DNA of 64,000 nt from Thermoflexales bacterium (GCA_025057935.1 JANWUW010000088.1:19425-83424), one strand, 5' to 3'; shown: positions 7,914 to 18,000, counted from the stretch's first letter. Made by a program: numbers and translations. The notes: generated by a model not told the origin, from the sequence alone.

Positions 7914-8885
7914 ATGGAAGCATCGCCAGTTCCCGAGACGGAAACGCTCTGGGACGTGGTGATCATCGGCGGCGGGCCAGCAGGCGCAACAGCGGCGCTG
8001 TATCTGGCCCGCGCTAATTTGAAGACGCTGGTGATCGACAAAGGGTTGACTGCGGGCGCCCTAGGCATCACCAGCCGAATCGCCAACTACCCGGGCATTC
8101 TCGAAGAGATCAGCGGCGCAGAGTTGCTGCAGCGCATGCGCCAGCAGGCGCAGCGCTTCAATGCTGTGTTCGTGCAAGACAAAGTTCAAGCGGTGGAGCT
8201 TGAGGGCGATCCCAAGCTGATCTTCGCCAACGCTGGCACTTACTCGGCGCGCGCTGTGATCATCGCCACAGGCGCGATGGGGCGGAAGCAGCGCATTAAG
8301 GGCGAAGAGGAGTTGCTTGGGCACGGGGTCTCTTATTGCGCCACTTGCGACGGTGCCTTCTTCCGCGACCAAGACGTCGCTGTTGCCGGCAACACCGACG
8401 AGGCGGTCGAAGAGGCGATCTTCCTCACGCGCTTTGCGCGCCGCGTGCACTTCTTCTGCCCCACGCCAGCGCTGAAGGCGCCAGAGCATCTCGTAGAGGA
8501 GCTGCTAGCCCAACCGAACGTGAGCCTTTACCTCGGCGCTGCAGTAGTCGAGATCATCGGCAAGGAGCACGTCGAGGCTGTGCGCGTGGCGCTGCGCGGC
8601 GAGGGCGTGATCACTGTGCCAGTGAGTGGCGCGTTCATCTACCTGCAAGGCAACGTGCCCATCACTGATTTCCTAGGCGGTCAACTGCCACTTACTGAGA
8701 CGGGCTGTCTCAGCGTGGATGCTGAATTTCGCACTGCGCTGCCAGGCGTGTACGCCGTGGGCGATGTGTTGTGCAATCATGTGAAGCAAGCTGTTGTTGC
8801 CGCTGCCGAGGGCGCAATCGCTGCGATGGCAGTCGAGAAGGCGCTGCGCGGTCGCAAGCAGCTTGCGGTGGATTGGTCTAAGTAA
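7914..8885 (+). CDS. thioredoxin-reductase-like flavoenzyme lacking NADPH-binding motifs
   Basis: GGGPAG and CATC (8337-8348) are present. GGGDSA is replaced by AGNTDEA (8385-8405) and HRRDxFRA by HFFCPTP (8448-8468). Starts 3 nt after groES. Confidence 0.8.
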   Translation: MEASPVPETETLWDVVIIGGGPAGATAALYLARANLKTLVIDKGLTAGALGITSRIANYPGILEEISGAELLQRMRQQAQRFNAVFVQDKVQAVELEGDPKLIFANAGTYSARAVIIATGAMGRKQRIKGEEELLGHGVSYCATCDGAFFRDQDVAVAGNTDEAVEEAIFLTRFARRVHFFCPTPALKAPEHLVEELLAQPNVSLYLGAAVVEIIGKEHVEAVRVALRGEGVITVPVSGAFIYLQGNVPITDFLGGQLPLTETGCLSVDAEFRTALPGVYAVGDVLCNHVKQAVVAAAEGAIAAMAVEKALRGRKQLAVDWSK

Positions 8886-8901
8886 GGCGACCGGGCGCGC
8901 T

Positions 8902-9714
8902 TCATGGCGCGCTGAGCTTCGCTCGCTCGTAGGTGCTCAGCACTTCCAGCCAAAGCTCGGCATGACGCTCCAGTCCCGCTGCAGAGAAGTGGCAGCCGTC
9001 GTAGCGATGCTCATCTCCGAGCTGGTCGGTGTCTGGTCCTGCGTAAATGCCAAGCGCAGGGTCGATGAGCGCAGCTTGCGCTGCGCGGATCTTCTCATTG
9101 GGTGGGTACATACCGCAGCGCGTGGCACGCGCCACGAAAACGGGCGCGTCCACGCCGAGCTTGCGAATGGAGGCGAGCATTGCTAGGAACAGGCGACGGT
9201 AGTGCTCGCTGTCGGTGTCGAGGACGGCGTCGCTTTCGCCTTGGTGCCAGAGCAAATGCGTGAAGCGCAAGCCGGCGCGTTGCGCTGTGCGAATGTTGCG
9301 CAACAAGTCTTCGTGCAACAACCCGCCGGGTGCCCACTTGGCGATCTCGGTGCCGCCGATGGCGGCGGGCACAAAAACGACGCGGTCGTACAAACCTGCA
9401 GCGATGATCTTGTCTCCGAGACGCGTCCAAACGCTGCCGCCCGCGCCGTCTGCGCCGGGCAAGGGGTCAGCGGCAGGTGACCATCGCCCGCGGAAAAATA
9501 CGCGCACGCGCGGGTGGGCGCGGTGGCGTGTCTCGCCCCAATTGCCGGCGTTCGATTGACCGAACACCAGTGCTACCATCACGCGTGGCTGTGGCGTAGG
9601 GGTTGGGCGGCGCGCAGCGGGAGTGGGCGCGGGTTGCTGCGCGTGGACAAGAGGCGCAAGCAGGAGCGCGAGCACGACGCCAACGATCTTCGGCGCTGTT
9701 GCAGGCGTCCACAT
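8902..9714 (-). CDS. secreted SASA/DUF303-type (sialate O-acetylesterase-like) esterase
   Basis: Signal peptide (VVLALLLAPLVHAQQ), FGQSNAGNWGE catalytic-Ser motif, WHQGESD. Confidence 0.55.
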   Translation of the reverse strand: MWTPATAPKIVGVVLALLLAPLVHAQQPAPTPAARRPTPTPQPRVMVALVFGQSNAGNWGETRHRAHPRVRVFFRGRWSPAADPLPGADGAGGSVWTRLGDKIIAAGLYDRVVFVPAAIGGTEIAKWAPGGLLHEDLLRNIRTAQRAGLRFTHLLWHQGESDAVLDTDSEHYRRLFLAMLASIRKLGVDAPVFVARATRCGMYPPNEKIRAAQAALIDPALGIYAGPDTDQLGDEHRYDGCHFSAAGLERHAELWLEVLSTYERAKLSAP

Positions 9715-9722
9715 CTATGACT

Positions 9723-10649
9723 TCAGCGCGTGGCACCAGCCGGCGCTGAGACAGTAGGGAGGGTGGGCGGCGACCACTGCAGCACAAGCACCTGCTCGAG
9801 ACGCGAGAAGTCCACGCTAGGACGCACCCATGCGACCTGCTGCAGCTCCACCTCGGAGCTAGTGATCTCCACCACTGTCCCAACTGGCAGCCCTGCCGGC
9901 AACAAGCCTCCCAGGCCGCTGGTGATAAGTGTATCGCCCACGTTGACCGGCTCAGCAGGGAGTACATCGCGCAACAGCAGCCGGCCGCTCTCGTCTCCTA
10001 CTACGGTGCCGGCTGTACCCGTCTCCATGGTGCGCACGTTGACAAAGGAGGCTGGGTCAGTGATGAGCTGGACCTGCGCTGTGGTCTCGTTGACGAGCGC
10101 GATGCGACCCACCAGCGCGCCGCCAGCGCTCACAACTGGCATGCCCACCTTGATCCCGTGACGTGCGCCTGCGTTGATGGTGAGATAGCGCACGAAGGGG
10201 CTTGGCTCTCCCGCGATCGCCATAGCGCATGTGTGTTGCGCTTCTGGCGAGGGCGTGGGGCAGAGCAGCGGGTCGTGCATGCCGATCACGTCGGCGCCGC
10301 GCAGCCCGTAGGCTGGGTTCTCCGCGGCGAATTTCAACAATTTGCGATACTGCTCGACCTCCGTTTGAAGCGCTCGCAAGCGCATCACTTCAGCAGCAAG
10401 CGCGTCCACCTGCCGCTGCAGCACAGCGTTGCGCGTGCGCAGATCGGCAAGCTCGCCAGATAGCCCCACCACACTGCTGACGAAGCGCCCAATCTGGGTG
10501 AGTGCTTGCTGGATGGGCGCGATGAGCGGCGAGAGCGCTCCTGTGCCGATCGAGGCGCGTGTGAACAGCGCAACGAGCACTGCGATGGCGCCGATCGCGA
10601 TGAGCAACGCAAGCAATCCCGGAGAAGTGCGCCGATCGCGAGGGAGCAT
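9723..10649 (-). CDS. mreC: rod shape-determining protein MreC
   Basis: N-terminal TM, coiled coil (LRTRNAVLQRQVDALAAEVMRL), C-terminal beta domains (GMPVVSAGGALVGRI..; DTLITSGLGGLLPAGLPVG). Immediately downstream of mreB. Confidence 0.85.
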   Translation of the reverse strand: MLPRDRRTSPGLLALLIAIGAIAVLVALFTRASIGTGALSPLIAPIQQALTQIGRFVSSVVGLSGELADLRTRNAVLQRQVDALAAEVMRLRALQTEVEQYRKLLKFAAENPAYGLRGADVIGMHDPLLCPTPSPEAQHTCAMAIAGEPSPFVRYLTINAGARHGIKVGMPVVSAGGALVGRIALVNETTAQVQLITDPASFVNVRTMETGTAGTVVGDESGRLLLRDVLPAEPVNVGDTLITSGLGGLLPAGLPVGTVVEITSSEVELQQVAWVRPSVDFSRLEQVLVLQWSPPTLPTVSAPAGATR

Positions 10650-10650
10650 T

Positions 10651-11751
10651 TCAGGAGACGCGCGTCAAGCTGGTGGGCGAGGCAAGCGCTGCTTGTGACG
10701 TGCTCTTGCGCTCCATTCCCACCAACACCTCGCGCAAGTTGTCGAGATCGGAGAGCACAACTTCTGTGCCGCGCGCCACGCAGGAGAGCGGGTCTTCAGC
10801 GACCCACGTGTAGATGTTGGTCTCGTCGGCGATGCGGTCGGCTAAGCCTTGCAGAAGCGCGCCGCCTCCGGCAAGGCAAATGCCGTTGTCCATGATGTCG
10901 GCAACCAGTTCTGGCGGCGTCTCGTCCAGCGTGTTGCGCACCATCTCAACGATCGTGTTCACTGAGTTGGAAAGCGCTTCGCGGATCTCGATGGACGAGA
11001 CCTCCACCGACTCGGGCAATCCGGTGACCAAGTTGCGCCCGCGCATGGTGAATGTTTTCTCCTCGGGCAGAGGAAATGCCGAGCCAATGGCGATCTTGAT
11101 GCGCTCCGCCATGCGCTCACCGATGAGCAGGTTGTACTTCTGACGGGCGTAGTTGATGATGTCCTCGTCCATCTCGTCGCCAGCAACGCGCAGGGATCGG
11201 CTGATCACGATGCCGCCGAGTGAGAACACCGCCACCTCCGTGGTGCCGCCGCCGATGTCCACGATCATTGAGCCTTGCGCCTCGGTGACGGGCAAGCCGG
11301 CACCAAACGCTGCCGCGATTGGTTCTTCGATCAGGTACACCTCGCGGGCGCCTGCCGCACGCGCCGCGTCGATCACAGCGCGCTTCTCGACCTCGGTGAC
11401 GCCGGAAGGGATGCCGATGAGCACGCGCGGGCGCGGGATATTGATGAGGAGGCGGCTGTGGGCTTTGTGGATGAAGTACTCCAGCATTGCCTCGGTGATC
11501 TCAAAGTCGGAAATCACGCCATCGCGAAGGGGGCGGATGGCGACGATGCGCGAAGGCGTGCGCCCTACCATTTCCTTCGCTTCCGCACCGACCGCCTTAA
11601 TCTCGCGCGTCTTGCGGTCCACCGCCACCCACGAGGGCTCGTTGATGATGATCCCCTTGCCGCGCGCGGCGACGAGCGTGTTTGCCGTTCCTAGGTCAAT
11701 CCCCAAGTCCAGTGAGAACAAACCTAGAAAACGGTCTAAGATGCTTGCCAT
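10651..11751 (-). CDS. mreB: rod shape-determining protein MreB
   Basis: LGIDLGTANTLV, actin-fold phosphate and adenosine motifs (DIGGGTTEVAV, GICLAGGGALL). Confidence 0.95.
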   Translation of the reverse strand: MASILDRFLGLFSLDLGIDLGTANTLVAARGKGIIINEPSWVAVDRKTREIKAVGAEAKEMVGRTPSRIVAIRPLRDGVISDFEITEAMLEYFIHKAHSRLLINIPRPRVLIGIPSGVTEVEKRAVIDAARAAGAREVYLIEEPIAAAFGAGLPVTEAQGSMIVDIGGGTTEVAVFSLGGIVISRSLRVAGDEMDEDIINYARQKYNLLIGERMAERIKIAIGSAFPLPEEKTFTMRGRNLVTGLPESVEVSSIEIREALSNSVNTIVEMVRNTLDETPPELVADIMDNGICLAGGGALLQGLADRIADETNIYTWVAEDPLSCVARGTEVVLSDLDNLREVLVGMERKSTSQAALASPTSLTRVS

Positions 11752-11759
11752 TCACAAAA

Positions 11760-11765
11760 ATTATA
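11760..11765 (-). promoter_or_regulatory. perfect TATAAT -10 box 8 nt upstream of mreB ATG (possible leaderless mRNA)
   Basis: Minus-strand read is gcagaaTATAATttttgtgaATG, within a short AT-rich island. No convincing -35. Confidence 0.3.
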
Positions 11766-11830
11766 TTCTGCTCCCCCGTGAGAGACGCCGAGATCGTGAA
11801 AGCCTGTGTTATGTTCAAAAATTGGCGGGC

Positions 11831-11836
11831 TATAAT
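11831..11836 (+). promoter_or_regulatory. perfect TATAAT -10 box 13 nt upstream of tRNA-Leu
   Basis: ggcgggcTATAATcatatgggcatgc followed by the tRNA 5' end at 11850. Confidence 0.35.
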
Positions 11837-11849
11837 CATATGGGCATGC

Positions 11850-11931
11850 GGGGATGTGTCGTAATTGGCAGCCGAGCACGACTTAGGATCGTGTGCCGAA
11901 AGGCGTGTGGGTTCGAGTCCCACCATCCCCA
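11850..11931 (+). tRNA. tRNA-Leu (anticodon UAG), class II with long variable arm
   Basis: Folded by hand. Acceptor GGGGATG/CATCCCC, anticodon stem CACGA/TCGTG with loop CTTAGGA (anticodon TAG), variable arm TGCCGAAAGGCGT, T arm GTGGG-TTCGAGT-CCCAC, discriminator A. No encoded CCA. Confidence 0.85.
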
Positions 11932-11943
11932 ATGTTGGCGATC

Positions 11944-13356
11944 ATGAACTTAAACGTTGAATTCCTCGACACCCACGAAGCACGCCTCACCATCATCCCC
12001 GACGAGACCAGCGTCCAAGCAGCGCGCGACCGTGTGCTGCGCGCAATCAACAAGCAAGTGCGCATTCCGGGGTTTCGCCCTGGGCACGCTCCTGCGCATT
12101 TGGTGATACAGGCTATCGGTGGGCCCCAAGTGCTCGCGCTTGAAGCAAATGAGCAGCTTCTCAAGGAGCTGTATCCGCGTGCGCTTGAGGAGGCGCGGAT
12201 CAACCCCTACGCCGCCGGGGTGCTGGAGGACACGCTCCAAGACCCGCTGCGTTTCGTGGTGCGCGTGCCGCTACAGCCGGTGGTGGATCTCAAGGACTAC
12301 CGCTCTATCCGCCTGCCTTTCCCCGAGGTTGTTGTGAGCGAGGAGGAAGTCGCCGAAGTGCTGGAGGACATTCGTCGCCGTCACGCTGTGCTCGAGCCAG
12401 TCGAGCGCACGGCGGAATGGGGCGATGCAGTTGCCTTTGCCGTCTTCAGCCTTGAGGAGGGCGAGGACAAGCCGCGACTTTTGCTTGAGGCTCGCGACGA
12501 CCGACCGTGGCTGCTTAACCAGCCGAAAGAAGGCGAAGCGCAGCAGGGCTACGTGCCCCAGATCATGGCGATGCTGGTAGGCATGGCAGCAGGTGAGACG
12601 AAAGAAGGCACGTTGACCGCGCCGGAGCGCGAGCCGGAAGCCGATCAACCTACCGAACCGCAGGCTGAAGCAGCACAGCCGCGCACTATGCGCGTGCGCG
12701 TTGAGGTGCGTCGCGTAAGCAAGTACATCCTGCCCGAGTTGGATGATGCGTTGGCGCAAGCAGTGGGCGCTTACAGCTCGTTGGATGAGCTGCGCGCAGC
12801 CGTGCGCGCGCAACTGCGCGATATGAAGCAGCGCGAGGCTGAAAGCGAATATGAGCGCCAAGCCCTCGAGGCGTTCACCGCGCTGGCGGAGGTGAAGTTC
12901 CCGCCCGCCATGCTCGACCACGAACTGAATCAGGTGCTTGCAGAATATAAGCAGCAGATTCAGGAGCAGGAGGGCTTGCCCTACGAGGAATGGCTGAAGG
13001 TCAGCCAGCGCACTGATGAAGAGATTCGCGCCGAGTTGCGCCCCGTTGCCGAGCGGCGCCTGCGCCGCGCGTTGGTGGTCGGCGCGCTCGTGCGCCAAGA
13101 GGGCATTCAGTTGAGCGAGGCAGAGCTCGAGGAGAGCATTGAGGAGATCAGCCGCTTCGCTGCACAGATCGGCGAGAAACGTGCCGATGTGCGTCGCCGT
13201 TACGCCCCTGGCAGCGAGGCGCGCGCTGACCTTCGGGCGCGCATGCTCTACGAGCGCGCGCTCGCGCACATGGCGCGCATCGCTCGTGGCGAGCTTGAGT
13301 CTGCCCAAGCACCAACTGGGCAACCTGCTGAGCCGGTCGCCTCGGCGCAAAGCTAA
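11944..13356 (+). CDS. tig: trigger factor
   Basis: Track ORF 11893 would overlap the tRNA, so it is trimmed to ATG 11944 (MNLNVEFLDTHEARLTI). GFRPGHAP ribosome-binding signature. Long acidic C-terminal arm. Confidence 0.9.
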   Translation: MNLNVEFLDTHEARLTIIPDETSVQAARDRVLRAINKQVRIPGFRPGHAPAHLVIQAIGGPQVLALEANEQLLKELYPRALEEARINPYAAGVLEDTLQDPLRFVVRVPLQPVVDLKDYRSIRLPFPEVVVSEEEVAEVLEDIRRRHAVLEPVERTAEWGDAVAFAVFSLEEGEDKPRLLLEARDDRPWLLNQPKEGEAQQGYVPQIMAMLVGMAAGETKEGTLTAPEREPEADQPTEPQAEAAQPRTMRVRVEVRRVSKYILPELDDALAQAVGAYSSLDELRAAVRAQLRDMKQREAESEYERQALEAFTALAEVKFPPAMLDHELNQVLAEYKQQIQEQEGLPYEEWLKVSQRTDEEIRAELRPVAERRLRRALVVGALVRQEGIQLSEAELEESIEEISRFAAQIGEKRADVRRRYAPGSEARADLRARMLYERALAHMARIARGELESAQAPTGQPAEPVASAQS

Positions 13357-13392
13357 CACAACGCTAATGCCTGCTTGGTAGAGTGCCAACAA

Positions 13393-14064
13393 ATGGCGAA
13401 GCTACCTATACCCGACACCTTCCTGAAGGCGCAGTTCGAGGCGGCGCGCAATGTGATCCCCATGGTCATTGAGACCACGGGTCGTGGCGAGCGCGTCTAC
13501 GACATTTACTCGTTGCTGCTGAAAGAGCGCATCGTCTTCCTTGGCACGCCCATCAACGACCAGGTCGCCAACCTGATCGTCGCGCAGTTGCTCTTCCTTG
13601 ATCGCGAGGACAACGAGAAGGACATCAACTTCTTCATCAACTCGCCGGGCGGCTATGTGTATGCCGGCATGGCGATCTACGACACGATGCAGATGATCGC
13701 TGCGCCGGTAGCGACCTTCGCGGTTGGGCTGACGGCAAGCTTCGGCACGCTGCTGCTGCTTGCTGGCACGAAGGGCAAGCGCTATGCCCTGCCGCACGCC
13801 ACTATTCACATGCACCAGCCCATTGGCGGCGCCCAAGGTCAGGCGACCGATATCGAGATCCAAGCGCGCGAGATCCTGCGCATCAAGGACATGCTCAACA
13901 AGATCATCGTGCGCCACACGAACATGACCGAGGAGCAGGTGCTCAAGTACACCGACCGCGACGTGTACTTGACGCCGGAGCAGGCGAAGGAGCTGGGCGT
14001 GATCGACGCCATCACCGAGCTGGACGCGCGCAAGGCAAAGATGCTCGACGGGAAAGCAGTGTGA
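13393..14064 (+). CDS. clpP: ATP-dependent Clp protease proteolytic subunit
   Basis: [19 protein letters not shown], catalytic Ser context ([11 protein letters not shown]), [12 protein letters not shown] 13393 preferred over the TTG at 13375. Confidence 0.95.
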   Translation: MAKLPIPDTFLKAQFEAARNVIPMVIETTGRGERVYDIYSLLLKERIVFLGTPINDQVANLIVAQLLFLDREDNEKDINFFINSPGGYVYAGMAIYDTMQMIAAPVATFAVGLTASFGTLLLLAGTKGKRYALPHATIHMHQPIGGAQGQATDIEIQAREILRIKDMLNKIIVRHTNMTEEQVLKYTDRDVYLTPEQAKELGVIDAITELDARKAKMLDGKAV

Positions 14065-14095
14065 GTCGTTCGTCCGCAGGCTTGCAAATCTCATG

Positions 14096-14122
14096 AAGCC
14101 CCGCCCAAGCGGCGGGGCTTTT
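14096..14122 (+). terminator. intrinsic terminator after clpP
   Basis: AAGCCCCGCC-caagc-GGCGGGGCTT followed by TT. The perfect 10-bp GC-rich stem also argues for the downstream start at 14132. Confidence 0.7.
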
Positions 14123-14131
14123 GAATGTGTC

Positions 14132-14962
14132 ATGAAGATCGTTGTTACTGGGGCAAAAGGCACAATCGGGCAAGCAGTGGCGCGTTACGCTGCCGCACAG
14201 GGCGTGCAAGTGTTGGCAGTGGATAACGTAGGGCGCGGCGATGGCGAAGGAGGCTACTTGGCGGCTGACCTCACTGACCTAGGACAATGCTGCGAAGTAT
14301 TGCACGGCGCTGATGCGGTGATCAACCTAGCCGCGGTCTCGGCAGCGCTGCTATACCCAGGCGCGCAGACGTTGATGACCAACGTGGCGATCACCTACAA
14401 CGTGTGCATGGCGGCGGTGCTGGTCGGCGTGCCGCGCGTGGTTTGGGCGTCGTCGGTGCAAGTGTTTCACAGTTACCCGACGGTGCGGCGCGCGCAGTAC
14501 CGCTATTTCCCCGTGGACGAGGAGCATCCCAACGACCCACAAAACGAGTATGCGCTCTCCAAAGTTCTCGGCGAGCAGATCGCCGAGTATTTCGCGCGCC
14601 AGCATCGCTTGACCGCGGTGAGTTTGCGCTTGCCGGAGGTGGTGCCGCCGGAGATGTGGGCGGATCTGCCGCGCCCCATTGAGCCATGGGAGCACTCGCC
14701 GCTGCCACACTACGTGCACCTGGAGGACTGTGCGCGCGCCTGCTTCCTAGCGGCGACGGTCTCGCTGCCGCCTGCTACCCACCACGTGGTGCTCATCACC
14801 GCTGAGGACACCAGCGCCGACATCCCCACGCGCGAGCTCATCCAACGTTACTACCCCGAAGCAGAGGTGCGCGCAGCGCTGCCTGACTTTGCATCGTTAT
14901 TGAGCGGCAAGCGCGCTGAGGTGTTGCTCGGCTTTCGCGCGGCGCATCGCTGCCATGCTTGA
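14132..14962 (+). CDS. NAD-dependent epimerase/dehydratase family protein
   Basis: MKIVVTGAKGTIGQAV Rossmann motif, YALSKVLGE (YxxxK). Confidence 0.75.
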   Translation: MKIVVTGAKGTIGQAVARYAAAQGVQVLAVDNVGRGDGEGGYLAADLTDLGQCCEVLHGADAVINLAAVSAALLYPGAQTLMTNVAITYNVCMAAVLVGVPRVVWASSVQVFHSYPTVRRAQYRYFPVDEEHPNDPQNEYALSKVLGEQIAEYFARQHRLTAVSLRLPEVVPPEMWADLPRPIEPWEHSPLPHYVHLEDCARACFLAATVSLPPATHHVVLITAEDTSADIPTRELIQRYYPEAEVRAALPDFASLLSGKRAEVLLGFRAAHRCHA

Positions 14963-15003
14963 GACAACAGACGAGCGGCGATTGATGAGCTGCAAGCGCA
15001 GCT

Positions 15004-18000
15004 CTACGCTTGGGGCGTCTTCAACCCCATCGTGCACAGAATCTCGATGCGCGCCTCGGTCGGCTCGCTCTCGACGACCAGCTTTTGCTCATCGTCTAGG
15101 CTGCTCACCAGCTCCACAAGCTCTGCATCTTCCATCTCAAGTTGCAGCGCGCGCCGCAGGCGTTCTTCCACTTCGCCCTGCAGGGCGAAGCGGTAAAGCC
15201 GATCGGCAAGTCTCTGCGCCTTCTGGCGCAGCTCAGCCGACGCTCGCTGATTTTCGGCGATCCTGCGCAAGCGCTGGTATAGCTTGCGGCGCGACCTGCG
15301 CGTCGGCCCAAGCGCGCCCTCCTGCGAAGTGGCGCTCGTCTCTGCTGATTTGAGTGCTTCGTAGGCGGCATGCATGTGTTTGAACACGTCCGGGTTTTCG
15401 AGGGCGGGCGTGTCTGGCTCGCAGCGCATTGCTTCAAACACCTCTGCTAGCGATTGCTCCAACCGCTCGCCACTTGTGCTCACGCGCACAAGGCGGTCTT
15501 CGTGCTCGGCGCCGCGCACAACGCGCGCGAAGATGATCGCGCCATCGGGTCCACCCGTATCGTTGCGGCGGGTGACGTATACCTGCGGCGGCAACGCTTG
15601 TGCGCGCTGGCGCATTTCCTCTGGCGCACTGAGCCATACCTCCAGCGCGCGGCTGGTTAGGTCAACCTCATCGTCCTCTTCGGCGTCGCTGAGCACATGC
15701 GCCTCCTCGGTGTATAGCTCCTTCAGTGTGTGCGCAGCTTTTTCGTCGAAGAACGTCTCGTCTGTGCCGATCACCTGTTGGTTCTCCAGCAGGCGGCGCG
15801 AAAGCGATTGGCGCAGGCGGATGACGCGCTCGATCCCTTCCGCTGGCAAAAACGAATACACAAGGATGGTGGAGTGGCGCTGCCCAATGCGATCCACGCG
15901 ACCTGCGCGCTGGATCAGGCGCACGATTGCCCAAGGCAAGTCAAAGTTGACCACGATGTGCGCGTCTTGGAGATTTTGACCCTCGCTGAGCGTATCGGTG
16001 GTGATCAGCACGCGCAGCTCGGTTTCGCCGCTCTGCAAGCCGCCGTTCGCGTCTGGGCTGAAGCGGCGCACGAGGGCACTGGGGTCGTCAGTTTCGCTAG
16101 TGACCACGCCGACGTCGTTCACACCGCGGTTTCGCAGATAGCGACCGAGTGCCTCGGCAGTGTCGGCGAACTGCGTGAACACTAACACCTTGTCCATCCC
16201 GTGCTCTTCTTGGATTAACCTAAGCAGGTGCGTGAACTTGGGGTCTTCGTCATCGCGCCATGCGCGCGCAAGGTGCAAGATGCGAGCGAGGATCGCGTTG
16301 TCCTGCTCTAGGGCGCGGCTCAGCGCGTCGCGGTTGAAGTACGCTGTTGGCATCCAACGGAAGCGCGCTTCAAACTCCTCCTGCAAGCTGCGATACACCT
16401 CGCCAGCTCGCTGGCGTAATGAGCCAAGGATCGCCTCTGGCGTGGCTCGAGCTTCGAGGTCAAGCTCGTCAACGCGCTCTGTCATGTCAGCGCGGTCTGT
16501 GTCCTCGTCCTCGAACTCGGCTTCAGTGTCTTGAGAGGTCGGATCGAAGCGCGCGATGTCCTGCTTGCCGATGGGCAGCGGCGCGCCCTGCTCCAGCGCG
16601 TGCAGCGCGACGGCGTTGCGCAGGATTTGGCGCTCGATCGAAAGCAGGAAGGCGCGCCCGCTCGACTCCAAGCGCTTGAACAAGCTGGTGCGCGCGAAGC
16701 CAATCAACCGCTGCCCAGCGCGCGCAAGGTCTTCAGCGATCTGTTTGACCTCGCGCGGGGCGCTTTCTAGAGCGCGCGCGTCCACGTAAGCCGCCAGCCC
16801 ATAGCGCGCTAGGGTGAGCTGCTCGATCAGGGTGAGCACCTCATCGCTGTAGAGCCTGTCGTAGAGCGTGCCGCTCAGCGGCACTTTGATCGTGCGCGGC
16901 TGGCGCTCGGGGAAGTAAAAGCGTCGGTTGTTGACGAGCACAAAGTAGCGCCGCTGCTGCGCGTCAAATTGCGCATAGTTGCGGATGATGTAGCCGCGCG
17001 TGCGCCGCACCATGTAATGCCGCAGCAGCTCGCGCCAATCCTCGGGGAACTCGCTCCGCTCGAAGCAGCGTAGGCTGTTCAGCGGCGCTTGAAGTTGCGC
17101 AGCGATCATGTGCTCGCTCACACCTTTCGCTTTTTGCTCCTCTAGGTAGCGCTGCGGGAAGCTGGGCAGCTCTTTTTGCTCGTCGAGGAAAAGGCGGAGC
17201 TGGTTGCTGAGGTCGGTGAAGCGCTTGTTGTATGGCGTGGCGGTGAGCAAGATCACCTGAGGGTCGTTCTCTTGGATGTAGTTGTAAATGGCTTGGTAGC
17301 GTTGCGCCTTGCGGTTGGTGAGGTTGTGGCTTTCGTCAATGATCAGCGTGCGGTAGCGCCGCAGCCGTGGCAGCTCCTCGATGACGCGACCCAGCGAGAG
17401 CGTTTTGGCGTCCGCGCCAACGCACCGCAGATATTCATCGAGGTAGCGCTCCCACATGGGTTGGAGCTTCGGCGGGCAAATCACTAGGGTCGAGCGCGGT
17501 TCGATCTCGTGCAGCACGCGCGCCAGCGCTGTCGCCATCAGCGTCTTGCCCAAGCCGACCACATCGCCAAGGAGCACGCCGCCGTGGCGCTGCACGAGCC
17601 GCGCCGCGGTTTGGACGGCTGCAACCTGGTAGTCCATCAGCTCCTCTCGCAGGTCAGCCGGCAGCTCGAACTCGCGCTTGCCCAAGCGAGCGTCTTCGGA
17701 GAGGTGATAGGCGACCTTGAGATACACGAGGTAAGCCAAGCTGGGGATCTGCGCGGTGGATTCACTCGCCCAAGAGCGCTCAACGGCCTCCACCAAATCC
17801 TCGGAGATGTCTACTGCGCAGTCGCCCTCCCAGCGCTGGTCGAACCACGCCTCGAGCTTGCGCGCGGCGTCTTGGTCAACGACGTCCACGTTCAGCTCGC
17901 CTTGTTCATACAGCCCAGCGTAGGTCAGGTTGCTGCTGCCGACGTAGCCGATCAGCGGGGTGATGGGGTCGTCGCGGCGTAGCAGATAGAGCTTGGCATG

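Noticed and set aside
11893-11943. Upstream start for trigger factor at 11893, and similar long N-terminal extensions at 1379, 5614, 14093, 25847, 31099, 45311 and 59353.
   Set aside because: The 11893 start would run through the tRNA-Leu gene. In each of the other cases a downstream Met begins the conserved family N-terminus. The upstream part also overlaps a terminator, a neighbouring gene or low-complexity sequence.
12271-13392. Long antisense ORFs opposite well-supported genes: 12271-13392(-) in tig, 13402-14163(-) in clpP, 22133-23263(+) in the methyltransferase, 26970-28463(-) in rel, 43716-45128(+) in the FAD oxidase, 62129-63493(+) in groEL, 42360-43238(+) and 28752-29549(-).
   Set aside because: These are typical shadow ORFs of a high-GC genome. 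Their translations are Arg/Ala/His/Leu-rich with low complexity and no motifs, and each lies fully inside a gene with clear family signatures on the other strand.
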